From the NCBI RefSeq assembly GCF_963921235.1, contig NC_086097.1, forward strand, positions 91,948,001 to 92,012,000: 64,000 nt of DNA, written 5' to 3'. A program made the position numbers and the translations under genes. Source of the stretch: Mobula hypostoma (Eukaryota). Positions 51,460 to 62,394 of the stretch are shown here, one piece after another; the stretch's first letter is position 1; the number at the start of each line of letters is the position of its first letter. The notes beneath the pieces are model-generated. The model made no database searches, had not been told where the DNA came from, and was given only the letters and a program-made list of their open reading frames with translations.

Positions 51460-51698
51460 TGTTGTGTATTTAATATTTCAGTAATATTGTAAATATATTG
51501 TTTGATCAAGCATCCTTGTTTATTTAAATAATTCATTACGAGTTAAATGTAAAAATAAGTGATTTGCATGCGTCATGACGCTACAATGTCATACGTGCAT
51601 GCCTCGCCTTAAGTAAAAATGAACATACACGAGTTACCTCCTGGCTCCCTTGTTTTCCTTTCAATTAGTTTTATGTTTTGGGGTTATAAAGCAACACA
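51460..51698 (+). repeat. 3' LTR of the Gypsy element
   Basis: tgttgtg...aacaca, preceded by a polypurine tract. Confidence 0.9.
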
Positions 51699-52426
51699 TG
51701 CCTGACATTTTTTTGCATATACTGTGTCATACATGTCAGTATTTGATTGTGTGACATCCATAATAAAGGCTGTCAACTTCATCAAATCAAATGCAGTTCA
51801 AGATCAATTGTTTTGACAACTTTGTGGAAAACGAAGAAGATTTTGAATAGCCACTATTGCATACAGAGGTCTGAAGCTTATCAAAAAGGAATTGTCTTTG
51901 TTGCTTTAATGTACTTTGGAATAGTAATGTAGCATTTCAAAGTTATTGTTGCCGCAAAGTCCAAGGTAGTAGATATCATTTAATCTTGTATCATGCAAAG
52001 AGGCTATTACCACTTTCCTTTGAAAACTCAAACTTTTCAGCCGCAATATTGAACATCATGAGTTTATGCAATTTCCTTCACTGGTCACTCTCAAATAGAA
52101 ATGCAAGATGATGATCTGATTGTGTATCTTGATCATTTGAAACAACTGCACATTGATGGAGAATTTCCATTCAGAGACCTGCTGGAGATGCATATTCCAG
52201 CTTGGGTGGTGGATCCATTTGGGGTGAATGTGAATGATGTTGACACCACATTGCAAGAATGTCTTATTGAGCTGCAGAGTGATACAACAGCTCAGCAAAA
52301 TTCAAATACAGCAAGTGAAATTTCTGGATAACTAGTGATAATCAAAATAAGTTTCCACAGATCTGGAAGAAAGCAAAGTTGTTCCTAATTGGATTTCCCA
52401 CCACATATCTAGTTGAATGTGGTTTT

Positions 52427-52816
52427 CATAGTCATAGTCATAGTCATACTTTATTGATCCGGGGGAAATTGGTTTTCGTTATAGTTGCACCATAAATAAT
52501 AAATAGTAATAGAACCATTAATAGTTAAATAGTAATATGTAAATTATGCCAGTGAATTATGAAATAAGTCCAGGACCAGCCTATCGGCTCAGGGTGTCCA
52601 ACCCTCCAAGGGAGGAGTTGTGAAGTTTGATGGTACACTTGATGCTCTGTCAGACACACAGTGTTGCAAGCACATGTACTGTGGTCTGCCAGTCAGGTAG
52701 TCAAGAATCCATGATACCAGGGAAACATCCACCTGCATTGGTGTCAGCTTCTCCCCCAGCAGAGCAGGGCGGATGGTGTTGAATGCACTGGAGAAGTCAA
52801 AAAACATGACCCTCAC
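52427..52816 (-). mobile_element. Rex1/Babar fragment with (catagt)n tail, internally deleted, inserted in the hAT transposase
   Basis: RVMFFDFSSAFNTIRP...WILDYLTGRPQY; splits ECGF from the transposase C-terminus. Confidence 0.8.
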
Positions 52817-52984
52817 AGTTTTAGCACTTCACCTGTGATCAAAAGCTCATAACTGCCTTGACGTTGTGAAAAGAGGTGATCTTCAATGATCTTCAATCAA
52901 GTTGCAACCAGATATTCAAAAACCTGCTCATTTGCATCAGTCACAAGTCTCTCACTAAATACCCAAAGTAGCAATAATAAGTGG

Positions 52985-53960
52985 TTTTTCGAACTTCTGG
53001 TAATGCCACCCCACCTTCACCATTCCCCATCCCCTTTTCCCTCTCTCACCTTATCTCCTTGCCTTCCCATCGCCTCCCTCTGGTGCTCCTCCCCCCCCTT
53101 TCTTTCTTCCATGGCCTTCTGTTCTCTTCTATTGGACTCCCCTTCTCCAGCCCTGTATCCCTTTCACCAATCAACCTCCCAGATCTTTACTTCATTCCTC
53201 CCCCTCCTGGTTTCACCTATCACCTTGTGTTTCTCTCTCCCCTCCACCCACATTTTAAATCTATTCCTCATCTTTTTTTTCTCCAGTTCAGCCGAAGGGT
53301 CTTAATCTGAAAGGTCGACTGTACATTTTCCATCAATGCTGCCTGGCCTGCTGAGTTCCTCCAGCAATTTTGTTTGGATAGATTTAGAATACACATTATT
53401 AGTCACCATCTCTTTTATCAGAGGAGTGAGTAAAAAGGCTTGTTCTTAACTTGCTTTGTGTCAGATGTCTGGTCTGATTGTGTTTGTTGACAGGGTGAGG
53501 GACCAAAGACTGCTTTAATATCTGTGTCCTTCCAATCAACAGGCACAGTGTGGGATTGGTTTTGACAGTGTGGGATTGGTTTTGATTTCCTCACTACAAA
53601 AAGCAGTGAGAGGACTAAAACTCAAGAGATTCTGCAGGTGCTGGAAATCCTGAGTAACACACACACAAAATGCTGGAGGCACTCAGCAGGTCAAGCAGCA
53701 TCCATGGGAAGGAATAAACAGTCGACATTTCGGGCCAAGATCTTTCATCAGGATTGGAAAGGAAGGAGGAAGGAGCTAGAATAAGAAAGTTGGGGAGGGG
53801 GAGGAGGTGATAGGTTTTTTTTGGCTGACTGTCTGGTGTGACACGATTAAAAGAAAAGGTGATAGGTGAAGCCAGCTGGGTGGAGGAGGGGGTTTGAAAG
53901 AGAAGCTGGAAGAGGTAAAGGGCTGAAGAAGAAGGAACCTGATAGGAGAAGAGTATGGAC
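52985..53960. mobile_element. Two Penelope terminal fragments in opposite orientation (~52985-53380 +; ~53620-53960 -)
   Basis: Pyrimidine/purine tracts, degenerate hammerhead motifs and the gctgcctggcctgctgagttcctccagc motif. Confidence 0.7.
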
Positions 53961-53969
53961 TGTGGGAGA

Positions 53970-55058
53970 AATGTTCAAAGTAAATATATTATCAAAGTAC
54001 ATATGTGTCATCATATACAACCTTGAGATTCATTTTCTTGCTGGCGTACTCAATAAATACAATAACCATAATAGAATCAATGAAAGACCACGCTAGCAGG
54101 TTGGACAACCAATGTGCAAAAGACAAAAAACCTGTGCAAATACAAATAATCAGTGATAATAATAATAATAAATAATAAATATTGAGAACACGAGAGGAGT
54201 CCCTGAAATTTCATCCGTAGACTGTGGGAACTATTAAGTGCTGGGGCAAGTGAAGTTGAGTGAAGTTATCCTCTCTGTTTCAGGAGCCTGATGGTGTGAG
54301 TCCTGAGGCTCCTGTACCTTCCTGATGGCAACAGTGAGAAGAAAGCATGACCTGGTGGTGGGGGTCCCTGATGATGGATGCTGCTTTCCTGCAACAACGT
54401 TCCATGTAGATGTGGTCAGTGGTAGGGAGGGCTTTACCTGTGAAGGACTGGGCTGTATCCAGTACTTTTTGTAGGATTTTCCATTCAAGTTTATAAGTGA
54501 TTGTGGTGCAGCCGGTCAATATATTCTCCACGACAGATCCATAGAAGTTAGTCAAAGTTATAGACGTCATGGCGAACCTTCACGAACTAAGGAAGTGGAG
54601 GTGCTGCTGTGCTTTCTTCATAATTGCACTTACATACTGTACTCGGGTCCTCTGATCCCCTGCTGAGGGCTGGCTCCAGTTTCCTCCTCCTGAAGTCAAT
54701 AATCAGTTCCTTGTTCTTGCTGACATTAAGTAAAGGGTTATTGTTGTGGCACCATTCAACCAGATTTCCAATCACCTGCCTACATGCTGATTCGTCACCA
54801 CCTTTGATTCGACCTACGACAGTGATGTCATCCGCAAACTTTAGAGCTGTGCTTAGCCACACAGTCATAAGTGTAAAGCAAGCAGAGCAGGGGACTAAGC
54901 ACACAGCCTAGTTGTGCACTTGTGCTGATGGTGATTGTGGAGGACATGTTGTTGCCAGTCCCACTGCGGTGGGTCTGTAAGTGAGGAAGTCGAGTATCCA
55001 GTTGCACAAGGAGGTATTGAGGCCAAGTCTTGAAGCTTATTAATTGGTTGACAAGCAT
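53970..55058 (-). mobile_element. Rex1/Babar LINE RT and 3' end
   Basis: GCVLSPLLCLLYTYDC, LKFADDITVVGRI, LNVSKNKELIIDFRR and FYGSVVENILT. Confidence 0.88.
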
Positions 55059-55059
55059 C

Positions 55060-55600
55060 GGGGGGGAGGTGATAGGCAGGAAAGGAGAAGTGAAGAGGTA
55101 AGAGGGGATTCAGAGTAGGAATGGAAGAAGAAGGAAGGGGAAGTGAGAGAAATCAATATTCATGCCTTCAGGTTGGAGTCTACTGGACGACATATGGGTT
55201 GTCGCTGTAGAGGAGGCCATGAATCGACCTGTTGGAATGGGAGTGGAGATTGGAATTAAAATGGCTGGCCAACGGGAAATCCTGGTTTTTGTGGATGGAG
55301 CAAAGATGCTCGACAAAGCGGTCCCCTAATCCACGGGTCTCACCAATGTGAAGGAGGCTGCATCGGGAGCACCAGACACAGTAGACAACCCCAATAGATC
55401 TACAGGTGAAGTGTTGCCTCACCAGGAAGGACTATTTGGGGCCCTTAATAGAGGCGAGGGAGGAGGTGAATGGGCAGGTGTAGTACTTCTTACGCTTGCA
55501 GGGATAAGTGCCAGGAGGGGATTAGTGGGGATGGACAAATGGACAAGGGAATCACAGTGAGGATGGTCCCTACGGAAAGCAGAGAGTTGGAGGGGTGGTC
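55060..55600 (-). mobile_element. Penelope-like GIY-YIG fragment
   Basis: FTCRSIGVVYCVWCSRCSLLHIGETRGLGDRFVEHL. Confidence 0.85.
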
Positions 55601-57421
55601 ATTAAAATAAAGATGGTGTTTGGCGGTACGACAGTTTCCTTAACATTGTTATAGCCGGGGGTGGTAGTGGGGATAAGCTGTCACTACCTATTAAATGCTC
55701 CCAATGGCATGCGTCTCAAATCGAGTCCAGCTCCTGGCCTTCACGTGTGGCTTGGCATCTAATCCTGGTGGAACCGTTTGTACTGACAGGAGAAGGGGCA
55801 AAGGCGGGTTACTGGCACCTTAGAAATAGTCACTTCGGGCAGATGGGACTCATCAGCTGTGGCTGGGAGCTCATCTAGAAGAAGAAAAACCCTGAGCTTA
55901 AACCTCTTTTGCTTTGTGGCTGTACCCACTTGTGGAGAAGGCCTTGGGAGTAAACCCTGAGGAAAATTCCAGTTCTGGGGTCCCAAAGAAAGTCCTACAT
56001 TGAGTTCAACCCTGACTGACAACTCTGTGATGCTGCTAGTGCCAAACTGGATCGGTCTTTGCCATTCCTTTGGATTCCTCAGCTGCGTTGGGGGGGGGGG
56101 GTGCGGGGGAGCCTGCTGCATGCATCTCCATATTGTACTGCCCAGGCTTGCGTACTTGTGTGCTGGTTTGCATATCATGTAGACAGCTGGGTGACAGCAT
56201 GCATGGTTGACCCCAAGAGAGGGTCTCATTTGGTGGTAGGATCCCCATGAAAATGGCTGAGGTTGCAGAGAATGGTTTGCTGGATGCGGAAGCGCAGCGG
56301 GTGATCGGAACTGAGGGAGGACAATGTGATTGCTGTCTTCCTGATTTTAGTTCTTTCAAGGCTGATCCTTGCATTCCCTTCCTGGTAGGGATGGCAACTG
56401 ACTAGGGATCAGACTGGGAAAATTCCTTCAGGCTCGGCATTCTCACACCAATCCACCGAGGCAGTGTTAACTGTGAAGTTATTAAATCACAACCACAGAA
56501 GCCACTTAATATATTCCATTGCAGTTTGTCTGATTGATGCCTCAAGTCTGGGACCAGTGTAATGTAGTGTTCCCGGCCTTGTATCGCTATGTAAGGGAGA
56601 GCTTGTGGCTGGGGCATCTTGTGGGGGTGAGCTTGTGGGTGGAGCGTGCTGTGCATGGGGCTTGCATGTGAGACTTAAGGGGGGGGCTTGTGGATAAGCT
56701 TCTGGGTGGGACTTGATGGGGATGGGGCTTATTATGGGTGGGGCTCCTTAGAGCCATGGGCAGTGGCTAGTTGTGGGTTGTGAGTGCGTCTAGTGGGTGA
56801 GGACCATTGGGACAGCTTTTACTTTGGGCAGGGGCTTGTTGTGGATGGTGCTTATTCTGGGTGGGTTTCATTGTGGTCGATGCTTGTTGCAGCCATGGTA
56901 GTGGCTAGTTGTGGGTTGTGAGTGTGTTTTGTTGTGGGTGAGGCTGATTGGGATAGGTTTGATTATTATAGCTTACCCTCCCTGTAACAAGTTGGGGAGT
57001 GGAGATCCATCCAACCTCTTGATGCCTAGTGGTGTCCAGGAGCAGAGGTTGAGGGAGGTCTTTTTGCTTGTGCACGGGCTGTTTCCTGGTAGCCCTGGGC
57101 AACATTGGATGGGAGGAAGACCGAGCCTTGGGTTGAAACTGAGCTTGGACTTTTCATGGGTCTAGACACCAAGGGGAGTCAAGTCCTATAGTTAGTTGCC
57201 ACCATAGCCTCCACAAGGCTCCTCGCCTCCTTCTCAGAGTAAACAGAGTGATAACATCAGTGGTTCTCTTTTTATGGAGTTATATCTATTCTGGGCTTTA
57301 TTGTTGGTTTTACAGAAAAATTGGTTTCTTTTATTAATGTTATATGAAACGGGCAAGTTTCCTTTTCGACAAGGAAGTTCCATTTAGTAAAGGACTATTT
57401 GCAACCTCAGCTAAGCAACAT

Positions 57422-58350
57422 TCATAGTCATGGAAAAATACAGCACAGAAATAGGCCCTTCAGCCCATCTAGTCCATGCTGAACCATTTAAACTGCCTAC
57501 TCCCATCAACCTGCACCAGGACCATAGCCCTCTATACACCTACCATCCATGTACCTATCCAAACTGCTCTTAAACATTGAATCGAGCTTGCATGCACCGC
57601 TTGCACTGTCAGCTTATTCCTCACTCTCACAGCCCTCCGAGTGAAGAAGCTTCCCCTCATGCTCCCCTTAAACTTTTCACCTTAATCCATGACCTCTAGA
57701 TGTAGTCCCACACAACCTCAGTGGAAAAAGCCTGCTCATATTTACCCTATCTATACCCCTCATAATTTTGTATGTCCCTATCAAAAGTCCCCTCAATCTT
57801 TTACATTCCAAAGAATAACGGCCTAACCTATTCAACCTTTCCTCATAACTCAGGTCCTCCAGTCCTGGCAACATCCTTGTGAATTTTCTCTGTACTCTTT
57901 CAATCTTATTTATATTTTTCCTGTAGGTAAATGATCAAAACTGCACACGATACAACAAATTAGGTCTCACCAATGTCTTATAGAAGTTCACCGTAACATC
58001 CCATCTCTTGGAACTGAATATTTTGAATTATGAAGGCCAAAGTGGCAAAAGTTTTCTTTACAAGCCTGTCTACCTGTGCTGTCACTTTCAGTGAGTTATG
58101 GATCTGTATTGCCAGATCCCTCTGCTCTACCACACTCCCCTGTGCCCTACCACTCACCATGTAAGACCTACCCTGGTTGGTCATCCCAATGCGCAACACT
58201 TCACATTTGTCTGCATTAAATTCCACCTGCCATTTTTCACTTTCCAGCTGGTCTAGATCCCCACTGCAAGCTCTGATAATCTTCCTCACTGTCCACTACA
58301 CCCCCAATCTTGGTGTCATCTGCAAACTTGCTGATCCAGTTAACCACATT
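57422..58350 (-). mobile_element. CR1 LINE 3' part
   Basis: KWQVEFNADKCEVL and MLPGLEDLSYEERLNRLG; the same 3' end occurs at ~46445-46585. Confidence 0.9.
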
Positions 58351-59375
58351 ATCATCCAGTCCTGGAATATGACACAAGTCGAACTCAAGTTAATGATTCC
58401 AAGATGTCCCACGCAGTTGCCTTGGCAAAACATGCAGTCAATTCTCTCATAACATGTCATTATACACTACCATGGAGCTGCCAGTTAAAGAGATCGATCA
58501 TAATCTGTTTCGGTGACTCCAAACACACACTGTGAACTTTTTAAAGTAGATCAGGCTGAAACACATTGTGCAAGATCGAAGTCTCCGTGTTGTTTCCACA
58601 CCTGGGGGTAAATTTGTTAGCTGTCAGTTGAAATGCTAATTCAAAAGGAACACGCGTCAAATCTACTTCAATGGAAATCATGTTTATGCATGGAAATAAA
58701 TAAATTGCACTTATTGCACTTGCATCTGTGTGGACCTCAAGTGTAATTACCATTGTTAGGTAGAAATTAAGTGTGCTCACCAGTTTAAAAAAGGTAGCCA
58801 ACCGGTGCTCCCGATGTGGCCTTTTATATATTGGTGAGACCCGACGCAGACTGGGAGACCGCTTTGCTGAACATCTACACTCTGTCCGCCAGAGAAAGCA
58901 GGATCTCCCAGTGGCCACACATTTTAATTCCACATCCCATTCCCATTCTGACATGTCTATCCACGGCCTCCTCTACTGTAAAGATGAAGCCACACTCAGG
59001 TTGGAGGAACAACACCTTATATTCCGTCTGGGTAGCCTCCAACCTGATGGCATGAACATTGACTTCTCTAACTTCCGCTAGGCCCCACCTCCCCCTCGTA
59101 CCCCAGCTGTTACTCATTTTTATGCACACATTCTTTCTCTCACTCTCCTTTTTCTCCCTCTGTCCCTCTGAATATACCTCTTGCCCATCCTCTGGGTCAC
59201 CCCCCCCCCCGTCTTTCTTCCCGGACCTCCTGTCCCATGATCCTCTCGTATCCCCTTTTGCCTATCACCTGTCCAGCTCTCGGTTCTATCCCTCCCCCTC
59301 CTGTCTTCTCCTATCATTTTGCATCTCCCCCTCCCCCTCCAGCTTTCAAATCCCTTACTCACTCTTCCTTCAGTT

Positions 59376-59411
59376 AGTCCTGACGAAGGGTCTCGGCCTG
59401 AAACGTCGACT
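59376..59411 (+). ncRNA. Minimal type I hammerhead ribozyme motif (copy 1)
   Basis: agtc-CTGACGA-agg(gtctcgg)cct-GAAAC-GTC-gact: intact core, stem I agtc/gact, stem II agg/cct, palindromic ACGT stem III. Confidence 0.75.
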
Positions 59412-59505
59412 GCGCCTCTTCCTATAGATGCTGCTTGGCCTGCTGCGTTCACCAGCAACTTTGATGTATGTTGCTTCAAATCCCTTACTCACTCTTCCTT
59501 CAGTT

Positions 59506-59541
59506 AGTCCTGACGAAGGGTCTCGGCCTGAAACGTCGACT
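59506..59541 (+). ncRNA. Minimal type I hammerhead ribozyme motif (copy 2)
   Basis: Identical to copy 1, 130 bp downstream. Confidence 0.75.
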
Positions 59542-61816
59542 GCGCCTCTTCCTATAGATGCTGCTTGGCCTGCTGCGTTCACCAGCAACTTTGATGTATG
59601 TTGCTTGAATTTCCAGCATCTGCAGAATTCCTGTTGTTTGCGAGCCAATTTAGATGCATGATAGTCTCACAATCAGCAATGTGATAATGACCAGGATATT
59701 TGGTTTAGTGATGTTGATTGATAGATATTGGTCAGAACATCAGGAAGCTCAGTTAGGCCACTTGGCTAGCATGGAAATGTTGGGCCAAATAGCCTGTTTT
59801 CCTTGCCGTATAGCTCTGTGACTAACAATCTGACCTATTTTGCCAGTATCACTGGGTCTTTCTCATTAAACTCAGAATTTATCTGAAGTCTTATTTGCAA
59901 GTTGCCCCTTCTGACAATACAGCTTGCTCTGTATGGCTTTTGCTTTGATTACATGCTCAGGCCTCTGGTGCAGTTCTTAAACACAGAACCTTCTGAACAA
60001 AGGCAACAGTATCTAAATAATTATACCAAATTACTGAAGTAGTGAGTTGAATGCTGTGGAGAGGTTAGCAGTGGGTGAAGGAGTGCAGAGAGTGCTCTTG
60101 TTTGTTCTTGTCATGGGCAGTGGAAGATTGGTATTGGAATTGGAAGGACCACCTTTCATCAGTCACCATCTGTGCTCCATCCACCTCACCCTATCATTGC
60201 GCAAAGCAAAGAGGATAATTCTGCGAACTCCTGCAGCACCTGCAACTGGAATGATAACACATATGCACTTTCACATGCGTTTATTGTCAACAGGCGTATA
60301 TACTCAGGGTATCAATTCCATGAAAGTCAGCATTTTGCAGACCAGGTGACCTCAAGTGAAGTTTGAATTTATTCTTGTGGGCACACATGCCCACGGTGTA
60401 AATACAGCGCCAGCACAGTACATTACAAACATCAGTTAACATAGACTTAAATTAATGTAAATTATACTTAACCTACCAGGCAAAATAAACTAAAAGAAAC
60501 TTTATGCATTAATGCAAGTTGAGAGAGGGAAAAAGTAGATTTGGTTTTGAGGTAGTTTTAGGGGTTTTCAGGTCAATTCAAGAACCTATAGTGGGGAAGA
60601 AGCTGTTGTTGATCCTTGAAGTGTGGATTGCCAGGCTCCTGTACCTCCTGCCTGGTGGCAGCATCGAGAAGAGGGCCTGGCTCAGGTGGTGGGGGCCCCA
60701 CCTTTCCGAGACATTGCCTCTTGCAGACATCGTCAATGGTGGGGAGAACCTGTGATGGAACTGGCTGAATCCACCACTCTTTGTAGCCTCTTGTGTTCCT
60801 ATGCATCAGAGCTTCAACATAATTGCTTGAATTTCCAGCATCTGCAGAATTCCTCGTGTTTACGTTGAGCATTTTCTTGGTGAATTACATTCTTGCTTGT
60901 TACTGAATAACTAACTAGCAACAATGAATTTGGGTTCCCACATTCAACAAGCTGTTAATAAGTAACTCTGAGAATGGATGTGCCCTTTGCAATGATTGAG
61001 TCAGTGCAGGGTGTATGAATCAGATAAAGATTGGTCAAAGCAATCTTGAGTGCAATTAAGTTAATTACAAATACCAGAAGTTCTATCTGCTGCTGGCATT
61101 TTAGATTTACAGTACATAGATTAGTTAATTCAGAAATGTTATTGTCATGATTACTCTACAGTCTGTTTGAACATTATGGTACAAGGCTCCGGATTTCCGG
61201 CATATGTCCTTAGGGAATGCTACTGCACATAGCAGCTGGTGTTAATGCATTCAGGCGCCTCCTTGTCAGCTACTAATGCTGTTTTACTCAAGTAATGAAG
61301 TGACGTGTTACATTGCACCCTTCCACTCGCCTTCCAGCTGGTGGTGTAGAGCATCTTGTACAGACTTTCAAAGCCATTTCTCCACAAGGACATCAAATCA
61401 CAAAGATCTCACAGACCTATGGTTCAGGATGATGTTTATGTTCCTTTACTCTATCTCATCGTGTCAACATAACCTCTGTTTTTTCCTTCTTCACATTTAG
61501 CTGACCTTTAAATCCATCTATGTTTTTCATCTCAATTACTCTTTGTGTCAGAGCTTGCGCCTGTGAGCTGCATTTTATTAGCATCTTCATGTTTTCTTCT
61601 AAAGGAGAGGGAGGATTAAACTGATGAGCATTCAGGAAAAGGTGCTGGGTATCGGATGTGTACTATAACTGGTTTCTTAGCTAGACTCAGTACAAGAGCT
61701 TGCACTGTGAGTGTCCAAACCCTATAGAATAATGTTCCAGTGGAAATCTTCAGTATAGAAATGCACTTTTATTTTTGTCCTAAGCATACTAGTGGCACTT
61801 TACAACTGATGCAGTA

Positions 61817-62132
61817 CAAGGGGTGATTGGTAAGTTCATGGCCTAAGGTAGAAGGAGTCAATTTTAGAAAACCTAGCACATTTATTTTTCAACATAGTCC
61901 CCCCCTACATTTACACACTTAGTCCAGTGGTCATGGAGCATACGGATCCCTTCTTTGTAGAAGTTGGCATCTTGGACTTCTAGAAAGTGGTCCACAGTGT
62001 AGAAGGAGATGAGTTATTAACTTCAAGCTTTCTGCATAATCACTCAAAGAGTTGAACTGCACGTGCATGTAACGAGAGCTGTATAACTCATCTCCTTCTA
62101 CCATAGGCCACGAGCTTATCAATCATCCCTCG
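61817..62132. mobile_element. Mariner-type MITE
   Basis: ~40-bp imperfect TIR caaggggtgattggtaagttcatggcctaaggtagaaggag / ctccttctaccataggccacgagcttatcaatcatccctcg; TA TSD. Confidence 0.88.
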
Positions 62133-62394
62133 TACTTCTGTGTTTGACAAAGTTCTCAAAGAACTTTCTAGAGGACATAGCTTGCTGGAGTTTTGGACAT
62201 TAAGGAACTTGTGTGCAGTAGTGTTGTCTGTGTAGAGTTCTTCCTGTGGCTGTGTGGGTTTTCTCCAGATTCTCTGATTTTGTTCCACATCCCAAAAACA
62301 TGATACTGGTGGGGTAAGTAGCCACTGCAAATTGCCCCTGTTGTAGGCGAGGTGGTAGATCAAGGGGAAAATTGATGAGAATGTAGGTTAAGTG

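Larger units (their letters stand above)
48753..51698 (+). mobile_element. Gypsy LTR retrotransposon, internally deleted (gag + protease + pol tail), carrying an RBM25 fragment
   Basis: Two LTRs; TSD tgcct (48748-48752, 51699-51703); PBS-like gtggtgatgag at 48972; PPT aaggagggaggag before 51460; knuckles CYCCGRGSHTPDQC and CRKCKKVGHIERSC; protease LDTGSAVSVIP at ~50079. Confidence 0.92.
47757..52958 (+). mobile_element. hAT (Charlie/Buster-like) transposon, degraded, split by Gypsy and Rex insertions
   Basis: Left end gactagat|cagtggtgctcaac; transposase motifs ATDGAVSMVG, AHLKNAVP|DIF..YCVIH, LLHTEV, LQECLIELQSD, FPTTYLVECGF and HQSQVSH*; right TIR not found. Confidence 0.88.
58802..59642 (+). 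mobile_element. Young 5'-truncated Penelope-like element (GIY-YIG C-terminus, tandem terminal repeat)
   Basis: Uninterrupted CSRCGLLYIGETRRRLGDRFAEH...LEEQHLIFRLGSLQPDGMN; 6-bp TSD agccaa (58796-58801, 59643-59648). Confidence 0.92.

Noticed and set aside
59345..59604. LTR pair of an LTR retrotransposon
   Set aside because: Adjacent tandem units without TG..CA ends, PBS or PPT; belongs to the Penelope terminus.
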